DNA of 41,163 bases from Bacteroidota bacterium (GTDB lineage: Bacteria > Bacteroidota > Bacteroidia > Chitinophagales > Chitinophagaceae): assembly GCA_013285905.1 (NCBI GenBank), contig JABDGU010000015.1, positions 1 to 41,163 on the forward strand. The letters run 5' to 3'. Below the pieces are notes generated by a model that did not search any database, was not told the DNA's origin, and was given only the letters and a program-made list of their open reading frames with translations. Position numbers and translations under genes: made by a program. Shown one piece after another: positions 9,386-18,923 of the stretch (position 1 is its first letter; each line of letters begins with the position of its first letter).

Positions 9386-10528
9386 GTGCTAATGGGTTTT
9401 CCTCATATACGTTTGATGTTTCTTTTATTGGCGCTGGGCTGCATGAAACCTGCTTTTGCGCAGGACGCGGGCGCATTGAACGGCTACGGCATTGAGGCCA
9501 ATTTTATAGCGGGCAAGGTCTTCAAACACTCTCCTAAGTTCACTTTGCCAATACCTGGCCAGTCGACTGCCTGCGATATAAATTTTATATACCAGACCCA
9601 TGGCAAAAGGGAATGGGAGCAAAGACGCAGATTCCCGGTAATAGGTATTGGTATCAGTTATACTAATTATGGTATCGACTCCATATATGGCCATTCTATC
9701 GGTATATACCCTAACATACAAATACCCATTATCAGCGGCAAAAGGCTGGAGTGGACTTTTAGGGCGGGGATGGGAATGGGCTATGTAAGCAAGCATTATA
9801 CCCGAGCACCTAGCTGGGATACTGTAAATATTGCCATAGGCTCGGCCATCAATAATTACACCCTCTTCATGACAGATATAAGATACAGGCTTAACAAGAA
9901 TTGGGACCTGCAGATAGGGGCCAATTTCAGCCATATATCCAATGCGGCTTTCAAGGAGCCCAACCTGGGTGTGAATATGTATGGTACCCATATAGGCATA
10001 AGGTATTTCCCGCTCAGCTCACAACCAACTTATATTAAACGCGAAATTCCGAAACTTAAAAACCGTTTCCTGTTCCAGGCGAGGCTGGGCATAGGCTTCA
10101 ATGATATACAGAATGCTGGCGGCCCTTTATTCCCCACCTACATAGCCTCTGCTTATGTAAGCAGGCGCTGGCTAAGTAAGAACAAAATGTTCGCAGGTAT
10201 TGATTACGCTTACCACACAGGCACCGTTGCCTTCCTTCGCAATAACGAAATAAATGTTGGAGATGAGGCTGCCCATGCCTGGCAAAGCGCTGTTTTTATA
10301 GGCAATGAGTTCTTAATGGGACGGCGTTTAGGCTTTATGTTGCAATTAGCTTATTATACCAAAATATCTGCTCTTACACCAACCACCTACTATGAAAAAT
10401 TAGGCTTTAATTATTACCTGCTGCAAAAAGAAAAAGGCCCACTTAAAGAACTTTATCTTTCGGCACTCCTTAAAGCCAACCAAACAGTAGCAGAACTGGT
10501 GGAATGGGGGATAGGCCTGAGTTTTTGA
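9386..10528 (+). CDS. Outer-membrane acyloxyacyl hydrolase / PagL-like lipid A deacylase family protein
   Basis: Signal peptide (the more likely start is M11 at 9416: MFLLLALGCMKPAFAQ). Beta-strand-rich protein with a conserved His-x-Ser-Asn segment (NFSHISNAAF), as in the PagL/acyloxyacyl hydrolase catalytic dyad. A TAAATTTG promoter-like motif lies at 9367-9374. Confidence 0.45.
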   Translation: MLMGFPHIRLMFLLLALGCMKPAFAQDAGALNGYGIEANFIAGKVFKHSPKFTLPIPGQSTACDINFIYQTHGKREWEQRRRFPVIGIGISYTNYGIDSIYGHSIGIYPNIQIPIISGKRLEWTFRAGMGMGYVSKHYTRAPSWDTVNIAIGSAINNYTLFMTDIRYRLNKNWDLQIGANFSHISNAAFKEPNLGVNMYGTHIGIRYFPLSSQPTYIKREIPKLKNRFLFQARLGIGFNDIQNAGGPLFPTYIASAYVSRRWLSKNKMFAGIDYAYHTGTVAFLRNNEINVGDEAAHAWQSAVFIGNEFLMGRRLGFMLQLAYYTKISALTPTTYYEKLGFNYYLLQKEKGPLKELYLSALLKANQTVAELVEWGIGLSF

Positions 10529-10533
10529 TGCTA

Positions 10534-11904
10534 TTAATGGTTTACCACAAACTTTTGGATAGATACTTTGCCTTCAGCGATAACATTGCATATATACATA
10601 CCATTGACCCATTGGGAAACATCGATACTTTGATTTATGCCTGTCAACTCTGATTTGTATATTTCCCTTCCAAGCATATCAGTAACACAGATCGCTCCTT
10701 TTGAAAATTGACTTTTTATTCGAATACTAATATTATCAGAAGCCGGGTTTGGAAACAGACTGGCATTATTTTGTGCAACCTCTATATTTTTAACTCCAGC
10801 ACCTCCGGGACGATTTGTGAGATTACAATTTCCACAAGTAACATGGAGATCAACGATAGGGAAATCCGCGTACAAAGCAACCGTTGGTTGTAGAAAATCA
10901 TAAAGAGGGGCATAGTAATTTCGTAGGTTTCCTGTGTCATCAAAAATACTAATATTACATGAAGGGTTAAGATACCCGGCATTGTAATAACCTTGGTAAT
11001 ATGCAGGAAAACTATCAGGATATTCTTGACAAAAGGCACCAGAAAATGTATTGTATAGAAACAATTCCGAACCAGCGGTATCAACAACTATTGTATCCCA
11101 GAGCGGCACGTTTTGACCATTTTTAAATGTAATTGTTAACGCCGTTAATTGATTAGCTGGAACATTAAAGTTGCTGATAGAAGTTTTAAATGCTTTTATA
11201 TTTATTGGTGAAGTATCTGCTGCTGTCAAGTAAATATCTTTTACTAAAGGAACAGGATTGGATGTGAGTGTACTACCACAAATAACATTAACGGAATCGT
11301 AAATAAACGATGCATACTTTATTGTATCAACGTCATAAAATGGGGTCATGCCTGTTAGATAGTTTATTGATATGTTTGAACCAGTGTCTTTACCATACAT
11401 CATAGCAATCCGAAGAGTATCTACAGCAGTAGGGTTGATTGCTGTACGAAAATAAGACCCATAAATCGTAATAGAGTCTATTGTATAGGGGTCATTGGGG
11501 CTTATTGCAATCATGCCTGAATAAAAATTACTATCATTAAAACCTCCGTAATTACTATTAAAAGTAGGATCAAAAATAAACGCACAAGAATTACTCTGCA
11601 TAGTATCATAAATCTGTAGATATTGATCCCATGTTATTGCCTTATTTGAAAACCAAGACCATTCAACTACTTCTCCAGTATACCTAAACGGATTTGATAA
11701 TGTTAGATAATCATAAAAGCTGTACCATCTGCTACCGCCGGGTCCTGTTGTTTTATGTGCATGGTCATGGGTTAATGTATTTTCTGAAGCTCCTATATTA
11801 TTAGATGAACCAAGCCGCTTACTGTAATGGTGTGCTGTTGGAATCTGGGCAAATATATTAGTGACAAGAAAGAAAACACTGATAAAAAGAAGAGCCTTTT
11901 TCAT
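10534..11904 (-). CDS. Secreted protein with a T9SS type-A C-terminal sorting domain (Por secretion tail)
   Basis: N-terminal signal peptide MKKALLFISVFFLVTNIFAQ. The C-terminal ~75 aa (LFPNPASDNISIRIK...IDVSQWVNGMYICNVIAEGKVSIQKFVVNH) match the T9SS CTD consensus (FPNPA..., GxY hydrophobic strands, K-rich end). Function of the passenger domain is unknown. Confidence 0.7.
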   Translation of the reverse strand: MKKALLFISVFFLVTNIFAQIPTAHHYSKRLGSSNNIGASENTLTHDHAHKTTGPGGSRWYSFYDYLTLSNPFRYTGEVVEWSWFSNKAITWDQYLQIYDTMQSNSCAFIFDPTFNSNYGGFNDSNFYSGMIAISPNDPYTIDSITIYGSYFRTAINPTAVDTLRIAMMYGKDTGSNISINYLTGMTPFYDVDTIKYASFIYDSVNVICGSTLTSNPVPLVKDIYLTAADTSPINIKAFKTSISNFNVPANQLTALTITFKNGQNVPLWDTIVVDTAGSELFLYNTFSGAFCQEYPDSFPAYYQGYYNAGYLNPSCNISIFDDTGNLRNYYAPLYDFLQPTVALYADFPIVDLHVTCGNCNLTNRPGGAGVKNIEVAQNNASLFPNPASDNISIRIKSQFSKGAICVTDMLGREIYKSELTGINQSIDVSQWVNGMYICNVIAEGKVSIQKFVVNH

Positions 11905-11953
11905 AGAAAATCAGTTTATTACATATAAATATACTACTTTTTAATTGTGCTTC

Positions 11954-12820
11954 TTATTCTTTTTCAAACTCAGGCGCGGGTAGATCCACCCTTACCTGTT
12001 TTGAGTATGTTTTTCCTGCATCTTTCCCATCTATCTTCCAGATAACAGAACGGAGAGCTACTGTTATGGTGCGCTTGTTGTTGCGGGTATTGCGCACGCT
12101 GTTTATCCATTCCTGTTCTGACCGCTTACTGAGATGATGTTTTCTGCCTGCATTTTTTATAGCTTTTTGCAACAGCGATAAATTAAGGTCAGCGCCTTCC
12201 AGTTTTCCATTAAGGCCTGCTATGGTATATGTATTATTCTTCCCGCTAAGCTCTTCCCAATCTGTTAGGTTGTTTAGTGTTTCCAGCGGTAAAGTTCCAA
12301 GATCGTTCTTCAGCACTATAAGGGTCTGGTAACGTTGCGATACTTTGTTGGCCGTTCCGTTTCCTAAGTGTATTTGTTTTCCGTTCAGAGAACCCGAAAG
12401 CAACTGATAGGTAGCTCCGTTGGCTTTTGCAAGGTTTTGTGTGCGGTACGATTTTGTATTGATGCCCGGAATTGAAAACAATATTTCCTTGAATGCCACA
12501 TTGAGGCCATCGGGTAATACAGCCGGCTTTGCTTCGGTATTTGCTGTACGTTGGGTATCTATAACAGGTTTTTTTTCAGCCTGTTTAGGAGTATCTGTTG
12601 GCACGGGTGTTGAAACAGGAATATTAGGGTGAAGGTCCATCACCATATCCTGCAGGTTCTTAGCATTGGTTTCGGTAACTATGGAGGAAGAATCGCCGAG
12701 CACAATTGGCCCATGGTTTTCCCGTTTTCCCATATTGTCGCAGGAAAACAACAAAAGCATAAAGCCCGACAAGGCTATTAAATAAGTATGGCTTCTTCTC
12801 ATTCTCCCGGGCATTTGCAA
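11954..12820 (-). CDS. Hypothetical lipoprotein (288 aa)
   Basis: Signal peptide with a lipobox-like sequence (LLLFSCDN). No recognisable domain. It sits 50 bp upstream of the T9SS CTD protein on the same strand. Confidence 0.45.
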   Translation of the reverse strand: MQMPGRMRRSHTYLIALSGFMLLLFSCDNMGKRENHGPIVLGDSSSIVTETNAKNLQDMVMDLHPNIPVSTPVPTDTPKQAEKKPVIDTQRTANTEAKPAVLPDGLNVAFKEILFSIPGINTKSYRTQNLAKANGATYQLLSGSLNGKQIHLGNGTANKVSQRYQTLIVLKNDLGTLPLETLNNLTDWEELSGKNNTYTIAGLNGKLEGADLNLSLLQKAIKNAGRKHHLSKRSEQEWINSVRNTRNNKRTITVALRSVIWKIDGKDAGKTYSKQVRVDLPAPEFEKE

Positions 12821-12929
12821 TAAAGCTACAAATAATGCGATAATTCAGAAACTTTGAGCTGCAATTTCATCATCTCAAAACCTCTTTTCTTTAAGGACTC
12901 AATTTGCGACCTCAAAGAATGCTTGGTAT

Positions 12930-14909
12930 TTAGTAATTCAACAGCTTCTGCACACATTCATCCAGTCGGCTTTTGGCTAAAAAATTCTGCTCCAGTTCTA
13001 TGGCAAAAGGCACAGGCGTATCGAGACTGGCGCAGCGTATCACAGGCGCATCCAGTTTGCTAAAACAGTTTTCAGATATCCAGGCGGCTATTTCTCCTCC
13101 TATGCCACCGGTGAGGCAGTCCTCGTGCAGCACCAGCACTTTTCCTGTGCGTTCAACAGACAAATGAATGGCATCATAATCCAGTGGCAATAATGTTCTG
13201 AGGTCAAGGATATCAAATGATGTATCAGTATGCTTTGCCGCATATTCCATAGCCCAATGCACGCCTGCACCATAAGTAATGATACTTATATCTTCACCCT
13301 CTTGCACTTTTCTTGCTTTGCCTATTTCAATGGTGTAATAATCATCGGGCACCATGCCACTTATGCTGCGATACAAACCCTTATGCTCAAAAAACATCAC
13401 GGGGTTGGGATCTGCTATTGCCGCTATCAATAAACCTTTTGCGTCTTCGGGTGTAGATGGATAAACAACTTTCAGTCCCGGCGTATGCACAAACCAGGCC
13501 TCATTACTCTGCGAGTGGAATGGCCCTGCCCCTACTCCTGCACCTGTGGGCATGCGTATCACCACGTCAGCATTCTGCCCCCAGCGATAGTATATCTTTG
13601 CAAGGTTATTTATTATCTGGTTAAAACCTACAGTTACAAAATCGGCAAACTGCATTTCCATCATAGATTTGAATCCTTTGATGGACAAACCCAGGGCAGC
13701 CCCCACAATGGCGCTTTCACACAGAGGTGTATTGCGCACACGCTCTTTCCCGAATTGCTGCACAAAACCTTCTGTTAGTTTAAATGCCCCTCCATACTCC
13801 GCAATATCCTGGCCCATCAGCACCAGGTTGGGATGCTCAATCATACTTTGTCTCAAGCCATCGCTTAAAGCCTGTATAAATTTTTTCTCGCTTTTTTGTC
13901 CTGATGCGGCATGTGAATGTGTTGCATGACTTGGCGCGTAAACATCAGCAATTTCTTCTTTGGTATCAGGTGTCACAGGCGGCTCCGCAAACCCTGCCGC
14001 AAGACCGGCATCTATTTCTTTTTGTATGTTTTCGCGCAGCTGGTTTATATAGTGGCCTGTGAATATCTTTTCACTCAGCAGGTAATTTTCAAAAACTGTA
14101 ACCGGGTCTTTCAAAGCCCATTGTGCAAAGAGTTCTTTAGGTACATACTTCACGCCGCTGGCTTCTTCATGTCCCCGCATACGAAAGGTCATACACTCTA
14201 TCAGGATCGGTTTTTGCTCTTGTATGCAATATTCCCGCGCTTCTTTTATTGTCTTATATACCTCCAGCACATTGTTCCCATCTATCGTAATGCCTTTCAT
14301 GCCATAACCAACGGCGCGATCAGCCAATTGTTTACAGACATATTGTTCATTTACCGGTGTACTCAAACCATATCCATTATTCTCTATCAGGAAAATTACC
14401 GGCAAGCCCCAAACAGCCGCTACATTCAGCGCCTCATGAAAATCACCTTCGCTGGTGCCGCCATCGCCGCTAAACGCAAGCGATACCTTGTTTTCCTTAC
14501 GCAGTTTGTGGGCCAGGGCTATACCATCTGCTATGGCTAATTGCGGACCAAGGTGAGATATCATACCACATATATGGTACTCGTTGGTGCCAAAGTGAAA
14601 TGAACGTTCCCGCCCTTTGCTAAATCCATTTTTGCGTCCCTGCCATTGCATGAACAATTTATCAAAAGGCACCTTTCTCGCAGTGAACACACCAAGGTTG
14701 CGGTGCAAAGGCATAACATATTCATCACTGTCCAAAGCAAGTGTAGCGCCCACTGCAATAGCCTCTTGCCCTATGCCGCTAAACCATTTGCTGATGCGCC
14801 CTTGCCTTAATAATAAAAGCATTTTATCCTCTATCATCCGGGGGCGGAGCAGTTCTGTATATATTTCTTTGAGCTGTTCGTTACTAAAACCACTCCTGTC
14901 GAATTGCAT
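12930..14909 (-). CDS. 2-oxoacid (pyruvate/branched-chain) dehydrogenase E1 component, fused alpha/beta subunits
   Basis: 659 aa. The N-terminal half has the E1-alpha ThDP-binding pattern (GDGGTSEGDFHEALNVAAVWGLPVIFLIENNGYGLST). The C-terminal half has E1-beta/transketolase-like features (MFFEHKGLYR, the C-terminal TKT domain). Such fusions are common in Bacteroidota. Confidence 0.8.
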   Translation of the reverse strand: MQFDRSGFSNEQLKEIYTELLRPRMIEDKMLLLLRQGRISKWFSGIGQEAIAVGATLALDSDEYVMPLHRNLGVFTARKVPFDKLFMQWQGRKNGFSKGRERSFHFGTNEYHICGMISHLGPQLAIADGIALAHKLRKENKVSLAFSGDGGTSEGDFHEALNVAAVWGLPVIFLIENNGYGLSTPVNEQYVCKQLADRAVGYGMKGITIDGNNVLEVYKTIKEAREYCIQEQKPILIECMTFRMRGHEEASGVKYVPKELFAQWALKDPVTVFENYLLSEKIFTGHYINQLRENIQKEIDAGLAAGFAEPPVTPDTKEEIADVYAPSHATHSHAASGQKSEKKFIQALSDGLRQSMIEHPNLVLMGQDIAEYGGAFKLTEGFVQQFGKERVRNTPLCESAIVGAALGLSIKGFKSMMEMQFADFVTVGFNQIINNLAKIYYRWGQNADVVIRMPTGAGVGAGPFHSQSNEAWFVHTPGLKVVYPSTPEDAKGLLIAAIADPNPVMFFEHKGLYRSISGMVPDDYYTIEIGKARKVQEGEDISIITYGAGVHWAMEYAAKHTDTSFDILDLRTLLPLDYDAIHLSVERTGKVLVLHEDCLTGGIGGEIAAWISENCFSKLDAPVIRCASLDTPVPFAIELEQNFLAKSRLDECVQKLLNY

Positions 14910-15007
14910 AGTTGGTATTTGGGGGCAAAAGTAATGCCTTAATGGGATTAAGAAGCGGATAAGGGCTTAAATAACTTATTTAAGAAATTTGACTTAGGAT
15001 GATATAT

Positions 15008-15040
15008 AAAAACACCCGTCCACTGTGGCGGACGGGTGTT
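15008..15040. terminator. Rho-independent terminator hairpin (CACCCGTCC-N8-GGACGGGTG), flanked by A5 on the left and a T-rich tract on the right; potentially bidirectional
   Basis: 9-bp GC-rich stem at 15013-15021 / 15030-15038. On the minus strand it is followed by UUUUU (the 15008-15012 A-run), placing it right after rpiB (minus). On the plus strand it is followed by TTACATTATTTATTTT. Confidence 0.6.
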
Positions 15041-15094
15041 ACATTATTTATTTTGGCATTAATAATATAAGTCCATGCCCATCGGCTGGGCTAT

Positions 15095-15568
15095 CTATAC
15101 TACCTCGTGCTCAAATTTGTTTATCTTTTCTATACGGCGTTCGTGGCGACCGCCTTCAAATGGGCTGGACAGAAAATCATCCACCATTTTCAGGGCTACC
15201 TGGTTGGAAACAAAACGGGAAGGAACACAAATAACATTTGCATTGTTATGCTGGCGAGACAGAATGGCAACTTCTTCATTCCAGGCAAGTGCGGCACGCA
15301 CTCCATCGTGTTTATTTGCTGTCATACATACACCGTTACCGCTGCCGCATATTAATACGCCGACACTCGCTTTTCCCGAAGCTACCATTTCTGCAACAGG
15401 ATGTGCAAAATCCGGATAGTCCACACTGGCGTGGCTGTAAGTACCCTTATCCTCTACCTGCCAGCCGGCAGCAGATAACTGTTTCCTGATCTCTTCCTTG
15501 CATTCATACCCTGCATGGTCGCAGCCTATTGCAATGGGTAATTGTTTGTTGAAAACTGTTGGTTTCAT
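15095..15568 (-). CDS. rpiB: Ribose-5-phosphate isomerase B (RpiB/LacAB family)
   Basis: IAIGCDHAGYECKEEI...VLICGSGNGVCMTANKHDGVRAALAW is the RpiB signature. The tabulated ORF starts at 15607, but the conserved N-terminus begins at MKPTVF (ATG at 15566-15568). Confidence 0.85.
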   Translation of the reverse strand: MKPTVFNKQLPIAIGCDHAGYECKEEIRKQLSAAGWQVEDKGTYSHASVDYPDFAHPVAEMVASGKASVGVLICGSGNGVCMTANKHDGVRAALAWNEEVAILSRQHNNANVICVPSRFVSNQVALKMVDDFLSSPFEGGRHERRIEKINKFEHEVV

Positions 15569-15889
15569 CTGAGTATAAATTTTTTTTAGTGAGCAAATGA
15601 AGTTCATCGCCTCATTTTTAAAATATTGTTACTTACCAGATGCCTGTCCTACGGAGCGGGACAGGTACTTTAGATTGACTAATGTAAATTTAAGACTGAA
15701 TGTTATTAATGTCAAGTTATTTTTTAAAAATACCTGGCTTGTCTTGTTACACAAATTGGACATTAAATTTCGTCATAGTGTAGGAAGGCCCCATAGAGAC
15801 CAAACCTTTGTAGCAAATAGATAAGTGGTCAGTACCGCTTTTTCAGCGGTCAGTACCACTTATCGGGTACGGGAAATTTACTCCAGTTT

Positions 15890-16738
15890 TTAGCTATTTA
15901 AAGCATCTTTCTTTTTTCTTTCCCTGGCCGCACGCTCACTGATATTCACCGAAAGCTCGTATAAAATATACAAGGGTATAAAGACCAATATCCATGAGAA
16001 CCAATCTGGCGGGGTGATAACCTCTGAAGCTATTATAAGTATCAGGATTGCATACCTCCGTTTTTCGCGCATTAGCTTAGGGGTAACTATGCCTATGCGC
16101 GACAGGAAATATATGATAACCGGCAGTTCGAAAACAATGCCCAGGCCCATCACCATATCGCTTATAGTATCATAATAGTTGTCAATCGTTATAATGTTCT
16201 GAAATTCAGGGCTTAACTGGTAGGAACCAAAGAAATTGATGGTATAGGGCGCCAGTATAAAATAGGCAAATACCACCCCCGCGAAAAACAGGAGCGAACA
16301 CCACAACACAATGCCACGTGCATGTTTTATCTCAGCAGGCTTCAAAGCTGGCCGCAGGAATTTCCAAAACTCCCATAATATATAAGGAAAAGACAGTATA
16401 AAACCAATATAGAGCGATGCTGAGATACTCATCGTGAACTGCCCTGCCACTGTGGTATTCTGGAACTTGAGTTTTATGGCACTCAGGCAGAAAGAATCCA
16501 CATGCAGCAACTTACCCAGTTTACAGAACCACTTATATGCTATAAAGTCGTCTTTTGCCGGGCCCAGGATAACGCGGTCGAATATCCATTCTATCTTGGT
16601 AAAAACCAGTATGGCTGCCAGCAGGATTACCAGGATAGACCGGATAAGGTGCCAGCGCAGATCCTCGATATGATCTGTAAATGACATCTCGCCTTTAGAG
16701 TTTCCCCTGTTGCCCAGAAAGTTCTGTAATAGTCCCAC
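15890..16738 (-). CDS. tatC: Twin-arginine translocase subunit TatC
   Basis: Conserved N-terminus MSFTDHIEDLRWHLIRSILVILLAAILVF (HLxELRxRL-type motif) and six predicted TM segments. The likely start is the internal Met at 16687. Confidence 0.85.
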   Translation of the reverse strand: MGLLQNFLGNRGNSKGEMSFTDHIEDLRWHLIRSILVILLAAILVFTKIEWIFDRVILGPAKDDFIAYKWFCKLGKLLHVDSFCLSAIKLKFQNTTVAGQFTMSISASLYIGFILSFPYILWEFWKFLRPALKPAEIKHARGIVLWCSLLFFAGVVFAYFILAPYTINFFGSYQLSPEFQNIITIDNYYDTISDMVMGLGIVFELPVIIYFLSRIGIVTPKLMREKRRYAILILIIASEVITPPDWFSWILVFIPLYILYELSVNISERAARERKKKDALNS

Positions 16739-16880
16739 GTTTATTTTAAAGGCTGCAAAGGTAGGTTTTTATTTAACCCCCGCATCTTGCGAGGCAGGCA
16801 GTTAAAACGCAGGGACGCAAGGTTTATGTTGGTAGAATCTATATTATTTTAGAAGTAAGAGCAGAAAAATGTCTTCGAAA

Positions 16881-17030
16881 TTTTTGCCGCTTTTTGCCGC
16901 TTCGTTGCCGTGCAGTTGCCGCTGATATAGTTTTAGTTATTGTTTAATTAATTGATTTTGAATCGTTTAGTGTTCGCGTATAGTGAAAATTGCCGCTTTT
17001 GCCTGTTTCGAAAAAATTGCCGCTTTTGTT
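16881..17030. repeat. Array of six TTGCCGC heptamer direct repeats. Four are phased at 10-12 bp (16884, 16894, 16905, 16916). Two are embedded in longer 15/18-identical repeats AAAATTGCCGCTTTTG (16985-17003, 17012-17030). An AT-rich spacer separates the two groups.
   Basis: Read directly from the sequence: TTTTTGCCGCTTTTTGCCGCTTCGTTGCCGTGCAGTTGCCGC ... AAAATTGCCGCTTTTGCC ... AAAATTGCCGCTTTTGTT. It lies in the divergent intergenic region between tatC (minus) and the M28 peptidase gene (plus). Confidence 0.5.
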
Positions 17031-17266
17031 AATGTCCTAATATGAAAATTGGCCTGAACTCTTGCAGAAAAGAATATTTTTTGGGTGTGTTAGGGTTTGC
17101 AGGTTTACATGCTAAATTTCCTGTCAAAGGTACGATTTTGGGGAGGGTTTTGCAAATATTTTTTGTTAATGGGGGAGTCAATGTCTGGAAAAAAATCAAA
17201 AAAATAATGCTCCGTTTTAAGTAATAATTTAGCTTGTAATATTAAAAATCTGAATGCTGAAAAAAT

Positions 17267-18571
17267 ATGCTGAAGCTATTTAGACCCTTTTTGTTCTTTC
17301 TTGTATTTGGCCATTCTTTCCCATCCAGGGCGCAGGATGAAAAAGACTGGCTGAGAAAAGAAGTGCAAATTCTCTGCGCAAAAGATATGGCGGGGCGTGG
17401 GTATGTAGATAATGGAAAAGAAAAAGCCGCTGACTATTTAGAAAAGAGATTCCTTGAATTTGGATTAAAGCCCCTTGGGGCATTGGGCCTTTTTCGCCAA
17501 AGCTACTATTTCCCGGTAAACACTTTTCCGGGCGATGTGGCGCTTAAGCTTGGTAATAAAAAACTACTACCGGGTGTCGACTTCCTCATAGATGCAGGCA
17601 GCGCTTCCTTCAGGCGAAAAAAAATAAAAGTAGTAAGGCTCGATCTTAACAGCATTAAAGACTCTGCAGAATGGATAAAGACACTAAGCTCATGGAAAAC
17701 CAAAAGACATGTTTACATATTACAAAACGCCGATTCACTCTGTAAAAAATTATCAATAAGGATCTGGCGTTTTGCTGAGGACCTACCCAAAGGCTGCTTT
17801 ATTATTCCGCAACACGGAAAACTTACCTGGACTGTCTCTACAAAACAATACCCCGCCACAGTGTATTATGTGGAGGACACTGTTCTGCCAGCAAGCATGA
17901 ACATAGCAAGCATAGACGTGCAGGCAAAATATATTCCTATCAATAAGATCAGCGCGAACAAAAATGAAAACATAATTGGTGTGCTGCCGGGCCAAGTGAA
18001 AGACAGCTTTATTATTTTCTCTGCACACTACGACCATTTAGGCATGATGGGCAAGGACGCTATGTTTCCCGGTGCCAGCGACAATGCCAGCGGAACAGCT
18101 ATGCTATTATATTTAGCCCATTATTTCAGCACACATCCGCAACATTATTCCATCCTGTTTGTTTCTTTCAGTGGTGAGGAAGCCGGATTATTAGGCTCTG
18201 CATATTTCGTACAACATCCCCCCATCCCGCTTGACCATATCCGTTTCCTTACAAACTTAGATATTATGGGCGATGCCAGCGATGGTGTAACGGTGGTGAA
18301 CGCTACAGAATATCCTAAGCAATTTGACATGCTGAAAAAAATAAACACTGATAATAATTGTTTACCGGCAATAAAAAGCAGGGGCAAAGCAGCCAACAGC
18401 GATCATTATCATTTCAGCGAAGCAGGAGTGCCTTCTTTCTTTATCTACTCTAACGGTGGCAAAGGCTATTACCATGATGTTTTTGATGATGCCGCATCCT
18501 TGTCGTTCAATAATATTGATAAACTTGCGAAACTGCTTATAGAATTTGGAGAAACTTTAAACAAACCCTGA
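17267..18571 (+). CDS. M28 family zinc aminopeptidase (secreted)
   Basis: Signal peptide. M28 metal-binding and active-site motifs are present: FSAHYDHLG, PGASDNASGTAMLL, FVSFSGEEAGLLGS, DHYHFSEAGVPS. Confidence 0.8.
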   Translation: MLKLFRPFLFFLVFGHSFPSRAQDEKDWLRKEVQILCAKDMAGRGYVDNGKEKAADYLEKRFLEFGLKPLGALGLFRQSYYFPVNTFPGDVALKLGNKKLLPGVDFLIDAGSASFRRKKIKVVRLDLNSIKDSAEWIKTLSSWKTKRHVYILQNADSLCKKLSIRIWRFAEDLPKGCFIIPQHGKLTWTVSTKQYPATVYYVEDTVLPASMNIASIDVQAKYIPINKISANKNENIIGVLPGQVKDSFIIFSAHYDHLGMMGKDAMFPGASDNASGTAMLLYLAHYFSTHPQHYSILFVSFSGEEAGLLGSAYFVQHPPIPLDHIRFLTNLDIMGDASDGVTVVNATEYPKQFDMLKKINTDNNCLPAIKSRGKAANSDHYHFSEAGVPSFFIYSNGGKGYYHDVFDDAASLSFNNIDKLAKLLIEFGETLNKP

Positions 18572-18572
18572 T

Positions 18573-18815
18573 CTATTTCATCAGCCAGTCCATCGAAAAA
18601 GTGATCGTACCCCCGTCGTCTTTCTTGATATAACCGTCTTCGTGCATCTTTTCTATCAATATTTCCATTATCTCTTCATCTATCAGCAATATGCCGTGCA
18701 AGTCTTTTCTTTCTGCTGTGAATGGTTTGCCATTGCGCAGCTTATTGATGATCTCATAACTATAACGCCTTTGCAGGTATTTTTTTATAGTTGCCAACAT
18801 CGCATTGTAATCCAT
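18573..18815 (-). CDS. Hypothetical small protein (80 aa), possibly a DNA-binding regulator
   Basis: ORF convergent with the M28 gene. Helical and charged (LHGILLIDEEIMEILIEKMHEDGYIKK). Its start lies 64 bp from a perfect 15-bp inverted repeat. No family recognised. Confidence 0.3.
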   Translation of the reverse strand: MDYNAMLATIKKYLQRRYSYEIINKLRNGKPFTAERKDLHGILLIDEEIMEILIEKMHEDGYIKKDDGGTITFSMDWLMK

Positions 18816-18878
18816 AGGCTGTTAATCGGTAGTTAAACCGGTTTGATCCTTTTTATAAAACTAAGCATTGCGATAGTT

Positions 18879-18913
18879 TTGTTTTGTTAATGCTCATTGC
18901 ATTAACAAAACAA
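18879..18913. promoter_or_regulatory. Perfect 15-bp inverted repeat TTGTTTTGTTAATGC-N5-GCATTAACAAAACAA (candidate operator)
   Basis: Read directly from the sequence; 30 of 30 arm positions are complementary. It lies between two divergent small ORFs and ends 11 bp before the ATG at 18924. No U-tract follows on either strand, so it is not a terminator. Confidence 0.45.
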
Positions 18914-18923
18914 TAGAGAGGAT

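Noticed and set aside
16881-17030. TTGCCGC repeat array as DnaA boxes or a chromosomal origin
   Set aside because: The heptamer does not resemble the TTATCCACA DnaA box, and no dnaA, dnaN or gidA context is present. It is kept as a regulatory-repeat finding instead.
17042-17224. 60-aa ORF in the tatC/M28 intergenic region
   Set aside because: No signal, no conserved motif, and it is embedded in repeat-rich AT-rich DNA. It is most likely a chance ORF.
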